Source: Tubulanus polymorphus (lineage: Eukaryota; Animalia; Nemertea). From it: a stretch of 64,000 bases of DNA. This document shows, in pieces, positions 24,216-39,252 of this stretch (positions are counted from its first letter, which is position 1; each line of letters starts with the position of its first letter). Position numbers and translations under genes: made by a program. The stretch spans positions 10,809,947 to 10,873,946 of the forward strand of contig NC_134030.1 in NCBI RefSeq assembly GCF_964204645.1, written 5' to 3'. The notes under the pieces are model-generated. The model was not told the DNA's origin, searched no databases, and saw only the letters and a program-made list of their open reading frames with translations.

Positions 24216-24419
24216 ATGAATATAACTGTTGGACCGAGTATATGTTTTGGATTTGATTTTAAACGTGAGAAAGAAATGAAATTTAAAATTAATGATGTAA
24301 TTACACATATCAAAAATATTGCATTTTCTAATGAAACAACATTTGAGTATGAAACAACAATAGATAAAGAAACTTTAAATGTAGAAAAGATTACTAATTT
24401 AATTTTAGAGAATCTTTAA
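24216..24419 (+). CDS. Polinton hypothetical protein, second copy
   Basis: Mirror of 10590-10793. Confidence 0.5.
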   Translation: MNITVGPSICFGFDFKREKEMKFKINDVITHIKNIAFSNETTFEYETTIDKETLNVEKITNLILENL

Positions 24420-24574
24420 GATTTTATGAATTAGATGAAGATTTTATCATCGATGATATTAAAAAAATAATAATTGAAATATATACAAATGAAACTAGTA
24501 ATGAAATAAATGTCGAATTAATCATAAATAAGATAACTAAATATTTTGATGATAGTAATTTTTTTGATAAAAAA

Positions 24575-24796
24575 ATGAGTGATAATAAGTGGATAATAAC
24601 TGGATTATATAATGGAGCATTACTATCAGTTGGAACTGTTGGTTATTCAATGTTATTAAAAAAAGTATTCAAAATGGGCAGTGTTAATGTTGATAGATTT
24701 GATATAAATGATATTTTAAAATTAACGTTAGCAGTTACTTTATCTAATTTAACTATTGATTATTTAGAAAATCAAAAATATATTCCTCCCATATAA
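24575..24796 (+). CDS. 73-aa hydrophobic protein, second copy
   Basis: Mirror of 10213-10434. Confidence 0.7.
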   Translation: MSDNKWIITGLYNGALLSVGTVGYSMLLKKVFKMGSVNVDRFDINDILKLTLAVTLSNLTIDYLENQKYIPPI

Positions 24797-24820
24797 ATGC
24801 GTAATTATTTTACTAAATAA

Positions 24821-25246
24821 ATGGCTTCTGCAGTTATAACTATTATAGGATCGGCAATTGTTAACGCTTTAGCATTTACTGGTGGTGGTTATTTATTCAA
24901 GCATATTGATAAAAATGGTTCATTAACAGAACAAAAAAGACATAACTTAGCATTAGAAAAATATAATAAAGCAGCGGAAGAATATAGAGAAAAGAGGCAA
25001 AACTATATGGATTATATTAACAAGGAATTATATGATCAGAAGATTTCACATAGAGATTTTCAATCAGTTGATGATGCAATGAGTTTATATAACGCCGTAA
25101 CAAATAAAGAAAAATTACATCTACATAAACCTACAATATCAGATTATTATACCTCAAGTAAAGAACAACAGAAATATGAAATAATATGGATTTTAGGCGG
25201 AACTGTTATTGTTATATTTGTTGCTTATAAGTTTACTAATAAGTAA
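24821..25246 (+). CDS. 141-aa Maverick small protein, second copy
   Basis: Mirror of 9763-10188. Confidence 0.75.
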   Translation: MASAVITIIGSAIVNALAFTGGGYLFKHIDKNGSLTEQKRHNLALEKYNKAAEEYREKRQNYMDYINKELYDQKISHRDFQSVDDAMSLYNAVTNKEKLHLHKPTISDYYTSSKEQQKYEIIWILGGTVIVIFVAYKFTNK

Positions 25247-25263
25247 TTTTTTTTGCTAAATAA

Positions 25264-25905
25264 ATGGAAGATAAAGTTGATAATATTGATATTATTCCTC
25301 ATGATATAAATAAAACTAAATTAAAAACATATTTAGAAAAACAAATATTAGAATTTGAAAGTGACTTAAAGATAAAGAAGAAAAAATATTTAAAAAGTAA
25401 AATTATATATTATTTGATTATAAGTGGTTCGGTTACAATTAGTTATGTAATAACATTTCTAGCAATATTCAGTCCATTAACACTTAGCTATATCAATTGG
25501 TGTATTAGGATTAAGTTCAAGTGTTTTAACCGGTATAAGTTCAAAATTAAATATAAAGAATTGAATAATAATATTAATTTTTCTAAGTTTTATAAAATAT
25601 GTATTGAATTTAATATTAATTCAAATAAAGATTTTAGAGCAAAAATTGGAACAATGGATGGATTAGGAATATTGTATACTAAAGAATTTGGAAAAATAAT
25701 AACAAATTCAGATATAAGAACACTAAATTGGAATGAATTACCAAAATATTATAATAATATACGACAACAAAACAATAATGGTTGGGTTAATTTCATTTTA
25801 GAAAATAGTGAAGGTTTAACTAAAGCTGGAATACAAATATCTATCTGCTGGCAAACGCTGGTCAGACTTTTGTGGCCGACCTTGTGCGCACGCCGTTTGA
25901 TTTGA
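25264..25905 (+). pseudogene. truncated chimeric ORF reading through the breakpoint into host DNA
   Basis: Identical to the 8576-9745 product up to KAGIQ, then 22 unrelated residues. Confidence 0.7.
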
Positions 25906-28198
25906 GTTAAAGCTACTTCACCCAAAATCCCGTCCATTAGTGGACCAAACTATCAGGCAAACTTTCACCTGTGTAAACACCACTTTAGCTTGGTTTCTAT
26001 CCACCAATCGGTTGCCCCGTCCAAGAAGGCGGAGCCAAAACTAAGAGGGTCCAGCGTCGACCGTCACATTAATAAAGATCAACTATTGGATATCATTGTG
26101 TTTTTGGTCTTCTTGGACATTATAGGTAAGCTAACCGTATAATTTTAGTTAAATAATATTTGTAGTGTATCTTTTAGGCAGATTAGTATTTGCATAAAAC
26201 TCTATATCATATATATGTAGGCCTTCATCTTATAAATGATATTTGTAATCAACGTAATAAAACTATAATAATCATTCTGGTTTTGGACTCACATTAATAA
26301 AGATCAACTATTGAATATCATTGTGTTTTGGTCTTCTTGGACATTACAGACATCACAGGACATTGCAGGACAATAGAGGACAAAACCATGACTGTAACTA
26401 GAATACATGTACTAGTCCCATCCCCTCTCCCCTAATGTACGCTGTTAGTACGAATACTGAATCTTGATTCCGGCGCCGGCCTTGTTTGTTTAATCATTAA
26501 CAATTTAAAGACTCGAGACTCCAAGAATACTCGTCTCATGGCCTGTGAGCTCCCAGGTACCCACGATACCGAGTCAGTTAGTCGGAACTATGGTTCTGGA
26601 AATGGTCCGACCACGCGATTCGGACCACTGTATGACCGAACTATAGTATGTACGGTTATTAGTTCCGACCACTAGTAGTCGACAACTACGATCAGGTTGG
26701 CTCAGGTTTCCTGGGGAGTCACTGTAATCCCTCTCCGTTACCGACAATCAGTGCCAAAGTACGCAGCCCCAGATACGGGACGGAGACGGAACGTTATAAG
26801 AAATAAGATAATATAACTTTATTCATCCTGTCAGACAATTGAATTGTATAAGGATAGAAAAACATGCATACATTATGTAAAATAAAAAATGAATATTTAC
26901 AAGAACATTTCAACATATTTGCGGCAGATTTCAATCTGCGTGGGCCAACTTCGGTTATCCGAGTTAGTCGAACTAGTGAAACCGAATATCGATGTAATAA
27001 TCGGAATTGTATTCCGGAAATAATTCGGAATTAAAGCGCATTCAGTTCCGACCAGACGGCGATACGAAAACCGCATTTGGTTTAGATTAGATTTAACTTC
27101 TCCTGACTATGATAGTGTGGTTCATACAATATACATGTATAAACAAAATATCAAAACATACAAAAAGAAATAAATAGATATAAATAGTATCGCAGTTATT
27201 CAAATGAATCAATAATTATGTGTTTTTCATTTACAATAAATAGGCTGTAAAGAGCATCAATTAATATATTTACAATGATTAGTCTAGCAAAAACAAACAA
27301 ATAACATCAACAATTTCTAGTTACAAAGAAAATTTGAATCAATGATATGTACAGATATACATGTATGTAATATTGTAATATGTAATATTTTCCATATTAT
27401 CAGTGAGGAGTAGTCACACTGTTTCAAATTTTAATCAATTCATAAATCAAATGGGACAGAATCGTATAAGGTGATGTTTTAAATCACCGTCAGTAGTATT
27501 TACCAAAGCCTTGTATTTCAGAACATTTGGCGAACGCCGGAAAAAAAGAGGGAATGTGTAACTTGCGTTCTTTTCGTTATCATTCGAGTAAAACATGGAA
27601 TTCATCACCAATTTCTGCTATACCACATTTATTGCAAGATTTATCAAAATTCTCATGTGTATACCGATCTACTTCATCAGGCGATAATTTATCAGGGTAT
27701 CTTTATCGTTTACTGTACATCCAGGAGCCATGAGTGACTACAGCACAGTGAAAAGAGGGCACCAACTTTGAAAAGGGCCAGTATTAATGTCCAGCGAGCG
27801 AGTTTGAGTGCCAATTTATTGGTATCATGCCACTAAATTTGCCTTCACATTCAATTTGCTTGTGCCTTTTTAAGTTTTTGGCGAAGTTTGCCATTTTTGG
27901 ATTAAATTTATAGAGCAACAATAATGCCCTTGCGAGTAGGTAGCGATTTTTTCTACCGGCCACAGTTATGTTTTGCACTGCGCATGTTCTGAATATACCG
28001 GAAGTCTGGATCCGCGCCTGACATCCCTGATCCATTTTGAATGAATTGGTCTTGCAGTGTTCTCTTGACTGTTTCAGTCAACCAGGAGACGCTCACTGGT
28101 TCTGGTTAATGAACATATAGCTTAGGCCACTCATTTAGAACATTCCTGAATGAACTGAATCGACTTAGAGCGTGGCTGTCCTTTAAAGGCGCCCTCTC

Positions 28199-28298
28199 AC
28201 GGAGCCGCCATCTTAGATCTGTGTCGAACTACACCGGCTTATAACCAATTCAATTCAATATAACCGTGTAACCACTAGCAGTTCTCTCAGCAAGGTAA
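28199..28298 (+). promoter_or_regulatory. duplicated copy of the UBA52 promoter/non-coding first exon and splice donor (continues at 30214-30265)
   Basis: ACGGAGCCGCC...CGTGTAA...TAGCAGTTCTCTCAGCAAG|GTAA matches 32773-32864. Confidence 0.8.
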
Positions 28299-30213
28299 GG
28301 GAGCGTTCAAATAGTACTTAAGATCAGTTTTGCCGAATTTCTAACTCCCTCGCCCTTGGCCTTGTACGCTGCGAGTACGAAATCTATTGACCCCCTTAAT
28401 CCTTACGTACTATGGACCCCTTAAGAATAAATATTCGTTATAAGTTCAGAACCGATCCGTAGCTCACGTAGTGCGTCACGAAGTTCAGCGTCAACGATAT
28501 GAATACCCCACAGAAAATCAATAATATTACTCACTGGCGTATAGAGAGCAACTGCCAGTAAAAATGAATGTACAGTGAACCCCCGGTATATCGGGGGTTG
28601 ACTGTAAGTGTATGTTTTCGAAGACACTAGTTTAACAAAATGCTCTGTCCAGGGGCAGTGGGGTCGGGTGCTGGCTTTGGTCGGGACAAACATTTTGCCG
28701 ATGATGATTTTTTTTAATGACGTAATAGCCTATTTGTGATCACTATTGAAACAGCTGCGTCGAAAACATATGCTCCGCACCATTAAACGAAGTGATTCAA
28801 TCTTGAATACTGAATCAAATCATTCATGATACCGGAAAACTTGGTCACAATAGCCCCAGAGCTTTCTAGAAAATAGACGCGAATTTTTCATGTGGCTTAC
28901 GCCTTGCTGCGCGGTTAAATGCTATTAAAATACCATTTTTGACGCGTCATTTGACAAACGATGTGTCAATCGACGCGTCAAATGACGCGCCAAATTCACT
29001 TTAATCAAATTTTAATCTTATTTCAAAATACATTTCATAAACATCTCATGTTTTTTTCTCTCCTCTGATGGCTTTGCCTGTCGTTCACAGGGGCAAATCT
29101 AGGGCTGTCTTGGCCCGAGGGGGCCTGTTAGAGATTAAGGTAAAGCACTAATGCGCACCATGCACTCATGGTGCGCATTAAACAACTCTCAAGCCGGGTC
29201 GCGATAATATTCGGGAAAATAAAAGATTAAACGTTCGGAACTTCGAGGGGGCCCTGGTCTTTCGGGCCCCATCGTCCCTAGATCCGCCGCTGCTTCGAAA
29301 GCGCGGCAGCTGTTACAATTCAATGTATACTGCTACACAATATACAATACAGACTGGTAGCCGCTTAGTAGCAGCAACCCGTCCACCAAATAAACCTTGG
29401 GCAATGTGATAGACCATTGAAGGTATTGTGTTGTCGGTAGGAAATCAAACCTTGCAAGGAATGGATGAAGGTCTCTTTATTCAGGCATGAATTACACCAA
29501 GAACCTTAGTGTCTGATAAGGCTCGTAGAGCGAAAGGTGAAGCCATAATCAGTCGACCTTTTTGGGAACAAAAAAAGATCTCACACTTCCCTTGACAATA
29601 AAAAACATGTGTAAAAAGCGCTGTTTTCGGCAAGAATCATGGCCGCCAGTCGGCCATATTGATTCTGATCAGGTCAGTTTTTTAGGGCAGGATCACCGAC
29701 GGGGCATTATTCCTGTGAACACTATTTTTACCCATAACTTGCTCTGATTAGAATCCCACACTACTCCCACGTCTCAAAAAATCTGTCAGAGAAAAATGAA
29801 CAGAATTCGAACTCCTGCAAGCCTTGCAAGCCCTAGCACAGTGACTTACTACTAGACCACCGAGGCAGCCAAATACAGTTGCATGGGTGGGCACCAGAGG
29901 GGGGTCGGGGGTGCGAACGACCCCCATTTTAAAAATTCCCAAACGATCGTCGAATAGGGAATTGACCTCGATAATGCGGTGGCAGCAATCGTCGATGTGT
30001 CGTCACCAGTCACAATCAACGTATTCGTTTGGTAATAGGCCTAGTAGATTGCGTCAGAATGCATCTCCAAGACATAATTTTGCAGAAATTTCCGCTGCCC
30101 TGTGCTACACCGATTGACGCGTCAAAATTGATGTATCAATTTTGACAGTATATCCACGTCATACGTTCAATCCCATGCCTCCTAAAATTGTACGTACGTA
30201 TTTGAAGACTCCC
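28299..30213. mobile_element. non-autonomous PIF/Harbinger-like element (TAA TSD) with nested repeats
   Basis: Ends GGGAGCGTTCAAATA... and ...TATTTGAAGACTCCC; TAA at 28296-28298 and 30214-30216; empty-site sequence visible at 32861; TIR related to the MITE at 36750-37130. Confidence 0.8.
29795..29870 (-). mobile_element. tRNA-derived SINE-like head
   Basis: Minus-strand TGGTCTAGTAG (A-box-like) and GAGTTCGAATT (B-box-like); no intact cloverleaf. Confidence 0.45.
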
Positions 30214-30487
30214 TAAGATGGCGGCACCCTGTGCGCATTTTTCTCCTACAGCAAATATTGGCCGCAAAACAACGGTTTCGGGTTAGAAACTCTTACCGAA
30301 ATGAATTGCGTATTATCACTGCAGTAGTAGTGTCGGAGCTATCGAGATATGCTTGATTTCCCCTCTCAGTTTCCCTCCAAAAATGATGGTCATGAAGCGC
30401 TTTTTTATGAAGTATTTTCGAAAATATGAAAACAACTGTCGCAAATCCTTGATCTATGATATATTTTTGAATAGGTTACAACTAGAA

Positions 30488-31111
30488 ATGGCAGACGTAA
30501 AAGGGGGGCATGGACAGCCACCGATGGTCTATGGACAGCCACCGGTGATCTATGGACAGCCACCGGTGATCTATGGACAGCCACCGGTGGTCTATGGACA
30601 GCCACCGGCCACATACGGACAGCCACCCCCACCGGGATATCAACCGAATGTAGTGATTGTCCAACAGCCAGCTTATGCGCAAGAAAGGATCCCCGGGAAA
30701 ATCCGCGCTGGTGCAATTCTTAGGATGGGAATAGCAGTGCTCGCACTTGAAGTGATGGCTTTCATATTGAATATTGCCAGCTTGGTTGCTCTGAAATGGC
30801 ATTTCTACTATGCAGGCATCTGGGGCCCACTCGTTCCAATTGTTTCTGGTATCTTGGCTGTCGCATGCGGTAGAAAGAAGAAGAATGATGGTTTGAGAAT
30901 CGCTTGCATGGTGTTTGCTATCATTGCCAGCGTCTGGTCTTTTTGCGCGTCGTCTACAGCGTCGGCAGCAGGGAGTTTTGCACTGTGGTTTTTTGGACCT
31001 GGAGCTGCCTACGCTCTTCCAGTCGTAGTTTCCTTATTGCACCTCGTTGCATTCATTCTGGCGATTATTATCGCTTCTTTCTGTTGTGGTTGCTGTTATA
31101 AGAGAGCTTAA
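30488..31111 (+). CDS. MS4A/CD20-like four-TM protein, 207 aa, single coding exon
   Basis: Four hydrophobic segments; GIWG...IVSGILAV signature in TM2; Cys-rich tail; Pro/Gln/Tyr-rich N-terminus. Acceptor-like tttttgaatag ends at 30474, so the start is likely 30488 rather than 30353. Confidence 0.8.
   Translation: MADVKGGHGQPPMVYGQPPVIYGQPPVIYGQPPVVYGQPPATYGQPPPPGYQPNVVIVQQPAYAQERIPGKIRAGAILRMGIAVLALEVMAFILNIASLVALKWHFYYAGIWGPLVPIVSGILAVACGRKKKNDGLRIACMVFAIIASVWSFCASSTASAAGSFALWFFGPGAAYALPVVVSLLHLVAFILAIIIASFCCGCCYKRA
30512..30628 (+). repeat. coding 21-bp minisatellite (GQPPxxY x5 plus a partial unit)
   Basis: GGACAGCCACCGGTGATCTAT units. Confidence 0.95.
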
Positions 31112-32772
31112 AGAATAACCCACGATGAAAAGGCTAATTGAAAGAGTTTTCTTTAAAATCTTTTAAATCACTTGTTTGACAGAAAAAAGACGCGATAAAC
31201 TGGAAAAAAACACGGGGTTCAATCTAAATCAGCTGTAAAATTGTTATCGATTTACCTGCAAATACATGTGTAAGGCCTTTCAGTACCTCAACTCTGCGAA
31301 ACGGCCCTTGTTACGTATTCGGTAAATTTATATGTGAATTACCATTAATGGGTAATTTTGTATATTGTTGGGCTTTCTGTAAGTTTTTCAATGGTCCGTT
31401 CAGCTCCGTTTTACCATTGTCGTGTTTCTGTATATATGCCCGTAAGAGTTATAGCAAAGCTAAATTTCACATACATGTATAATCTTTGAACGTTATTTAA
31501 TCTTTATTTTATATATTGATATGTCATTACTCTTTGTCCACCGAGTAAGTTTGTCTGTGTCGTATTAAAATGTGTTAATTATTATCTGTCTCGATGTCTA
31601 TGTACTCCGTCACCTTTGTATTTACATCATTTTCCATGTCTCTACCATTTCATTTAATTTCATTTAATTTTAACTTTTACAAACTACAGTATATACAAAT
31701 ATCGTTCAATATGATATAATATAGTGGCAATACATACAATATATAACAGTGAATAATGTAATAATTTTGTGATTTAGGGCAATAAATACATCATAGGGGT
31801 TCAAAGGCTGCTTCCAGGAATTTACATTATTTGACCAGAGTATTTTTGAAAGAGGTTATCAGATTAAAATGACTAAATCTTGTTTAACAGAATTGTGGTA
31901 AGCACTGTGATCTTAGAATAAAGAAGTTTCCAGTTTCTAGGCGCCATTTTGTGGCGGTCCCTCGAGGTCCCTATTGTTGCGATAATTTGCGCTCAATTTT
32001 AAAACATAAGTTTAGATTGAATATCATATAGTTCTGCAGTCCCTTGCTCGACGAAATCAATTTATACACCATTTTAAAGGAAATGAAATGCAGATATTTG
32101 CTGGCGATTCTTGGAATTTTTGAACGCAACAATTGAGAACAGTGACGATGTGAAACCAAGGACGGGGCCAATCAAAGTGCGGAGTCCCGTTTTGGGTGTT
32201 CACAGTGTGCTGGCAACACTTCAAACGCTGTGAACAATCCCATAGGACCTAGATCCAAACGACGTAAAGCAAACAAACATGCATTGACGCCAATATGCTT
32301 TCTCTCTAAGTTTAATAAGATAAGAAATGGATTTGAGATACCGTGTTAAATTCAATGATTAGACCAAATCTAAGTTGATTTTGCTAGGTGATAAATACGA
32401 ATTTACCTAAAACTTCAAAGGCGAATTTATCACATCAAATTAAATTTGATTTTAAGTAAAATCATATTAATCCTGGCAAAATCAAATTTGATTTGGTCTA
32501 ACTTTTTAGTTTAACACGGTATCAAATTCAAATCGATTTATCAAATCATGACGCGATTTGATAAGACGGTGGACTCACAAATATTATTCCAAAAACATCT
32601 ATAAATGGTCAAATCTTAACTCATTCATAGGAAATCATTTTTCAAAATCCGAGGCACTTTTTTCTCGTCAGCCGTTTTGAAAGAGTCGCAAATTTAATTT
32701 GACGTGATAAATTTGCCTCAAATTCTTTTTTTCAAATTGCAAGGTCCACGTGTGTTATGCGCGCTGTAGCGG

Positions 32773-32920
32773 ACGGAGCCGCCCTATCCATCCGGTCGCG
32801 CCACCTTTGAAAGGTTTAAGAACTAGCACGTGTAAACCCTGTAGCTGTTCTCTCAGCAAGGTAAGATGGCGGCGCCCTGTGCGCATTTTTCTCTTTTCGC
32901 AAATATTTGCCCGTTAACCC
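32773..32920 (+). promoter_or_regulatory. UBA52 promoter, short pyrimidine-start non-coding exon, donor at 32861 and YY1-like motif
   Basis: GTTCTCTCAGCAAG|GTAAGATGGCGGC, typical of ribosomal-protein genes; acceptor tttcag at 33499 just before the ATG. Confidence 0.65.
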
Positions 32921-33515
32921 TCAGTTGTGAGTTTAAACTACCCCGTGAAGCGGTCCAGATGAAACTATCCATCAAGTGTTAGAGCTCGATAGAACAAGGG
33001 GTTGATTCGTTTAAAGCTCATCTCGTTTTCGGCGGATCCTCGCTCCTCCTGACCTCGTCCGTCCCCCGGCCCCATCCGTCCTGCTGAAATAAACATATCC
33101 GAACTGATTTCAAGCTCTTCCTTGTGCAAATCGTCCTTGTGGCTCGTAATGATTCCTTGATAAATATTAGAGGAATGAGTCTGCAGCAGTCGCCCATTAT
33201 TGCCTGGCCTACCCAGAGAGGCAGACAAGCACTAGGTACTGCTGAACTGAAGGTAGAGAAGGGGGTGATTTTGCGGTTTTTTGATGGACAGGGCCCCGTC
33301 TTTCACCGATATTGCTGATGACTAAGAAACGTTTTTATTGAAATGCCTTTTCTATTCTTCTGGAATGCTGCCCTTTCCAAAATCTGCCCCTGTTTTATGA
33401 ATCGTAAACTAACACGATGCAAAAAACAATTGCGACGCCTATGATCGTTACATGCTTGTTTGCTTTTCGAAATTGAATAACAATTTATTTGTATTTCAGT
33501 AAAGAAGATTAGAAG

Positions 33516-36202
<2,687 letters not shown>

Positions 36203-36749
36203 ACCGATATATTCCTTGTTGCAAATTTTTTTTTTTCACACGTCGAATTGTGACTGGATGAAACGACAATAAATTGGTATTTAACAACGTGATTTAGGTG
36301 TTTTTTTCGATGCATTTGAATTTACTGCTTCTTTCTTGTTCAGCTGTCTGTTATTATGAGACTCGATGGCAGCTTGTCGAAGACTTAACCAGTAGGTTAA
36401 TGAACAATGGTACCTTGTTTCTCCGAACCTGCTGGGTCGCTTAGTAAACTGTGAGGCCATAAAATTTGTTATCAGTTCATTTCTTAGCTGCTGGGTCTGT
36501 TAGCCTGATCGTGATATTTAAAAAAAGTGCTGTGTAGATAGCCGGCTGGCCGAGTCAACTTATAAGCAGCCCGGCACATGAAAAAACAAGGTATCCAATT
36601 TTGTTTTAGCCTGAAGAGCCACTTCTATTTGGAAAAGGATTTACAGTTCACTGAATGATTTATAAGAGCTTTCCAACTTTACCCGTCGAGGGATTCAAAC
36701 TCGCTAAGCTTAAGCCGTTCCCCGAACCCCTTGACCTCACAAGTTGTTA

Positions 36750-37130
36750 GGGAGCGTTCACAAATTACGTACCTCAAAATCTCCCGTTTTTCTGATCCCC
36801 CCTCCCCCCCTTGTACCACCTTTGTACCAAATTCACTGACCCCCCTCTTAGGTACGTACCATCGCACCCATGACCACCCCCCAATTATATTGATGCAAAG
36901 AATTAAGCAAGTATTGTTGTTTATTGATTTTATATACCCGGTACTAAAAGCCGATAAAACACCAACGGCTATTTGAGTTTGGTACATAAAGTATGTACCA
37001 AGATTGATTAATACCCCCTCCCTCAAAGTACCTACCTTTTTTGCTGACCCCCTCCCCCATGTACCACTTTGTACCAAAATTCAGTAACCCCCTCCCCCCA
37101 ATGGAGGTACGTAAATTTATGAACGCTCCC
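36750..37130. mobile_element. PIF/Harbinger-like MITE, TTA TSD
   Basis: GGGAGCGTTCACAAATTACGTACC ... GGTACGTAAATTTATGAACGCTCCC, flanked by TTA on both sides. Confidence 0.85.
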
Positions 37131-39252
37131 TTATTAGCCGACCAGAATCAGATCATACCAATCACAGCGCTTGTGTAACAAAGTACATTAGACTTCTGTT
37201 GTTCCCGTTAAATGGACCAATCGGTGAGGAAGCATTTCGCAAGACGATATATGACATGCGCAACAGCGACATGAAAGATGGCCGGTGGAAGCACGTTCGG
37301 GGAGCGATACCAGACCCCTTGCAAGCGAGGACGGGGCGGGGCTGATCATAAAAAAAAAAGACGTCGCGCTGAATTTTGACCTCAATATCCCCACTGGATT
37401 AACCCCCTCTTCCCCCTTGCCTATCGGATATCCAGTCACGCAAAATCATGTTTACTTACACTGCGCACAGTTCGTGATATCGAACAATTTCTCCTCTAGT
37501 AGTTCAGAGTTGAAGTAATCATCCATGATTTGTTCAGGCTAAATGATGCATGAAATGATTGTTATGGCAGTACAGGAAGATGGATGTCAACATCCTAACA
37601 ATCCTCTCGTCCCTGTTCCCAAAGTTCACAAACCCGCACAACCTTGGATGTCTTTTATGGACAGCCCCTTGCGAGTAATTGATATTCAATATCGTATTCC
37701 ATGTATACAGTGGAACTTTGTTAAGCGAACTTCACAGGACCAGAGAATATGTTCGTTTTAACTGATAGTAGTCATATCCAGTATGAAATTAATCAAATTG
37801 TCTTAGTTGGGGCAAAATTCTATGTTTATTATATGCGTTGAATCGTCATATCAGAATTCGTTGTAACGGGGTTTCACTGAATGAATTTCGAAGATCTGAA
37901 TGAAGCTGATCTAGATTAAGCAGGATTGACCGTAGATTTTAATACTGTACCCCATGGATCAGCATGCTTTGAAATTGATTGTCAGCGGACTTAACCCGTC
38001 AAGGGGCTTGTCAGGGACTACACTAAATAATGCAACACCAGCCCCTAGTGCGGATTTTGCAGGGTTTCCAGTGGTCCTTCCAAGTCCTACTTTGTCCTTT
38101 TGGAAAAAGTTTGGACAAACATCATCTTTGTCCTTCATTCTTTTTGACTCATACCTGGTAAGTCCTTTTTGCAGATAAAAAAGTCCTTCCTAATAAGATT
38201 TTTATGCATTTTTCGCGAATTTGACTGTTGAAATATTTTATTAGTAGTAAGGCCTGATAATTCACTTGACGGTGAAATTGAATACATGTATTTTAATTGA
38301 AAATGTGTTACAGAGAAAAAAGTGTATTTATTTTTGATCCGAGGCAACCGATTATCCGAGACGATCAGCTCCGAGGCAACCGGAGTTTACTATATACAGG
38401 AATGTGCTATGGAATTACCCTGGTATATGATTGGTCTACATGACTTGTATTGCGGCTAAGGCACTGCGAAAATGCTCCCTCATTTTACTGGGTAGTACAT
38501 GTACGTACTTCTTTCCATGTCAAAAAAGTCCCTCCTTTTGGGTCTAAAATTGTCGAAAAAGTCCTTCTTACTCCTTTTTCCCTGGCCTTACCGCCGGAAA
38601 CCCTGTTTAAGCATACAACTATTGAAATGGTCACCTGTCTGCAATCTTGATTCTGTTCAGACCAGTTTTTGGCCACTGATGTGTCTCCAAAACTTGCTTA
38701 AATGACTGGATTCTCTACTTCGGACAGTTGACAGGACAAAAAGTGAACATAATAGCCTGGGATTAAAAAAAGAGCGAGTAGTAAGGAATTAAAATTCAAT
38801 AAATTAATACAGCTTTATTCGTGGTAAACTCTCTTGTCCTGAACAAGTAAAATTCGTCCGTTAATACCCCACTTAAAAAACCTGTTGGAGGTAAAACCTT
38901 TAAAAATCAAAACTACACAAGTATATATAATGAGATTTAAAGCTTACACAGCTCCTTGAGTCATGAGTTAAGTAAAGCTCCATCATATTTTAAACCTGGA
39001 GTTGATACGATGAAGAGTCAATGCTACAATTTCCATAAGGCTTCCTGTCCATAAACTTATGTATCGTATTGCGCATCTGTATACATGTAAACCGCCATCA
39101 AAATTGTACTTTCCAGGGTTCTTACAGATCAGAGAATTTCGGGATTTATCTTTTCCTTTCAGGCAGAATAAGTGAATTAGAATTTTTTGTGTTTTATTCT
39201 CGTAGGCGATGAGTGCCTCGAGGAACCTCTTGAAAAAAAAACCTATATAGAG

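Larger units (their letters stand above)
18470..25837. mobile_element. second, inverted Polinton copy: intact terminus, truncated at 25837
   Basis: Every ORF mirrors the left copy (coordinate sum 35009); identity ends after ...GCTGGAATACAAA at 25837. Confidence 0.95.

Noticed and set aside
29795-29870. tRNA gene
   Set aside because: A/B-box-like motifs only; no complete cloverleaf, so treated as SINE-like.
30353-30487. N-terminal 45 aa of the 252-aa ORF
   Set aside because: TTG start and intron-like sequence ending in an acceptor at 30474.
36679-37077. 132-aa ORF, and ORFs 44814-45161 and 44932-45171
   Set aside because: Chance frames through a MITE and a tandem repeat.
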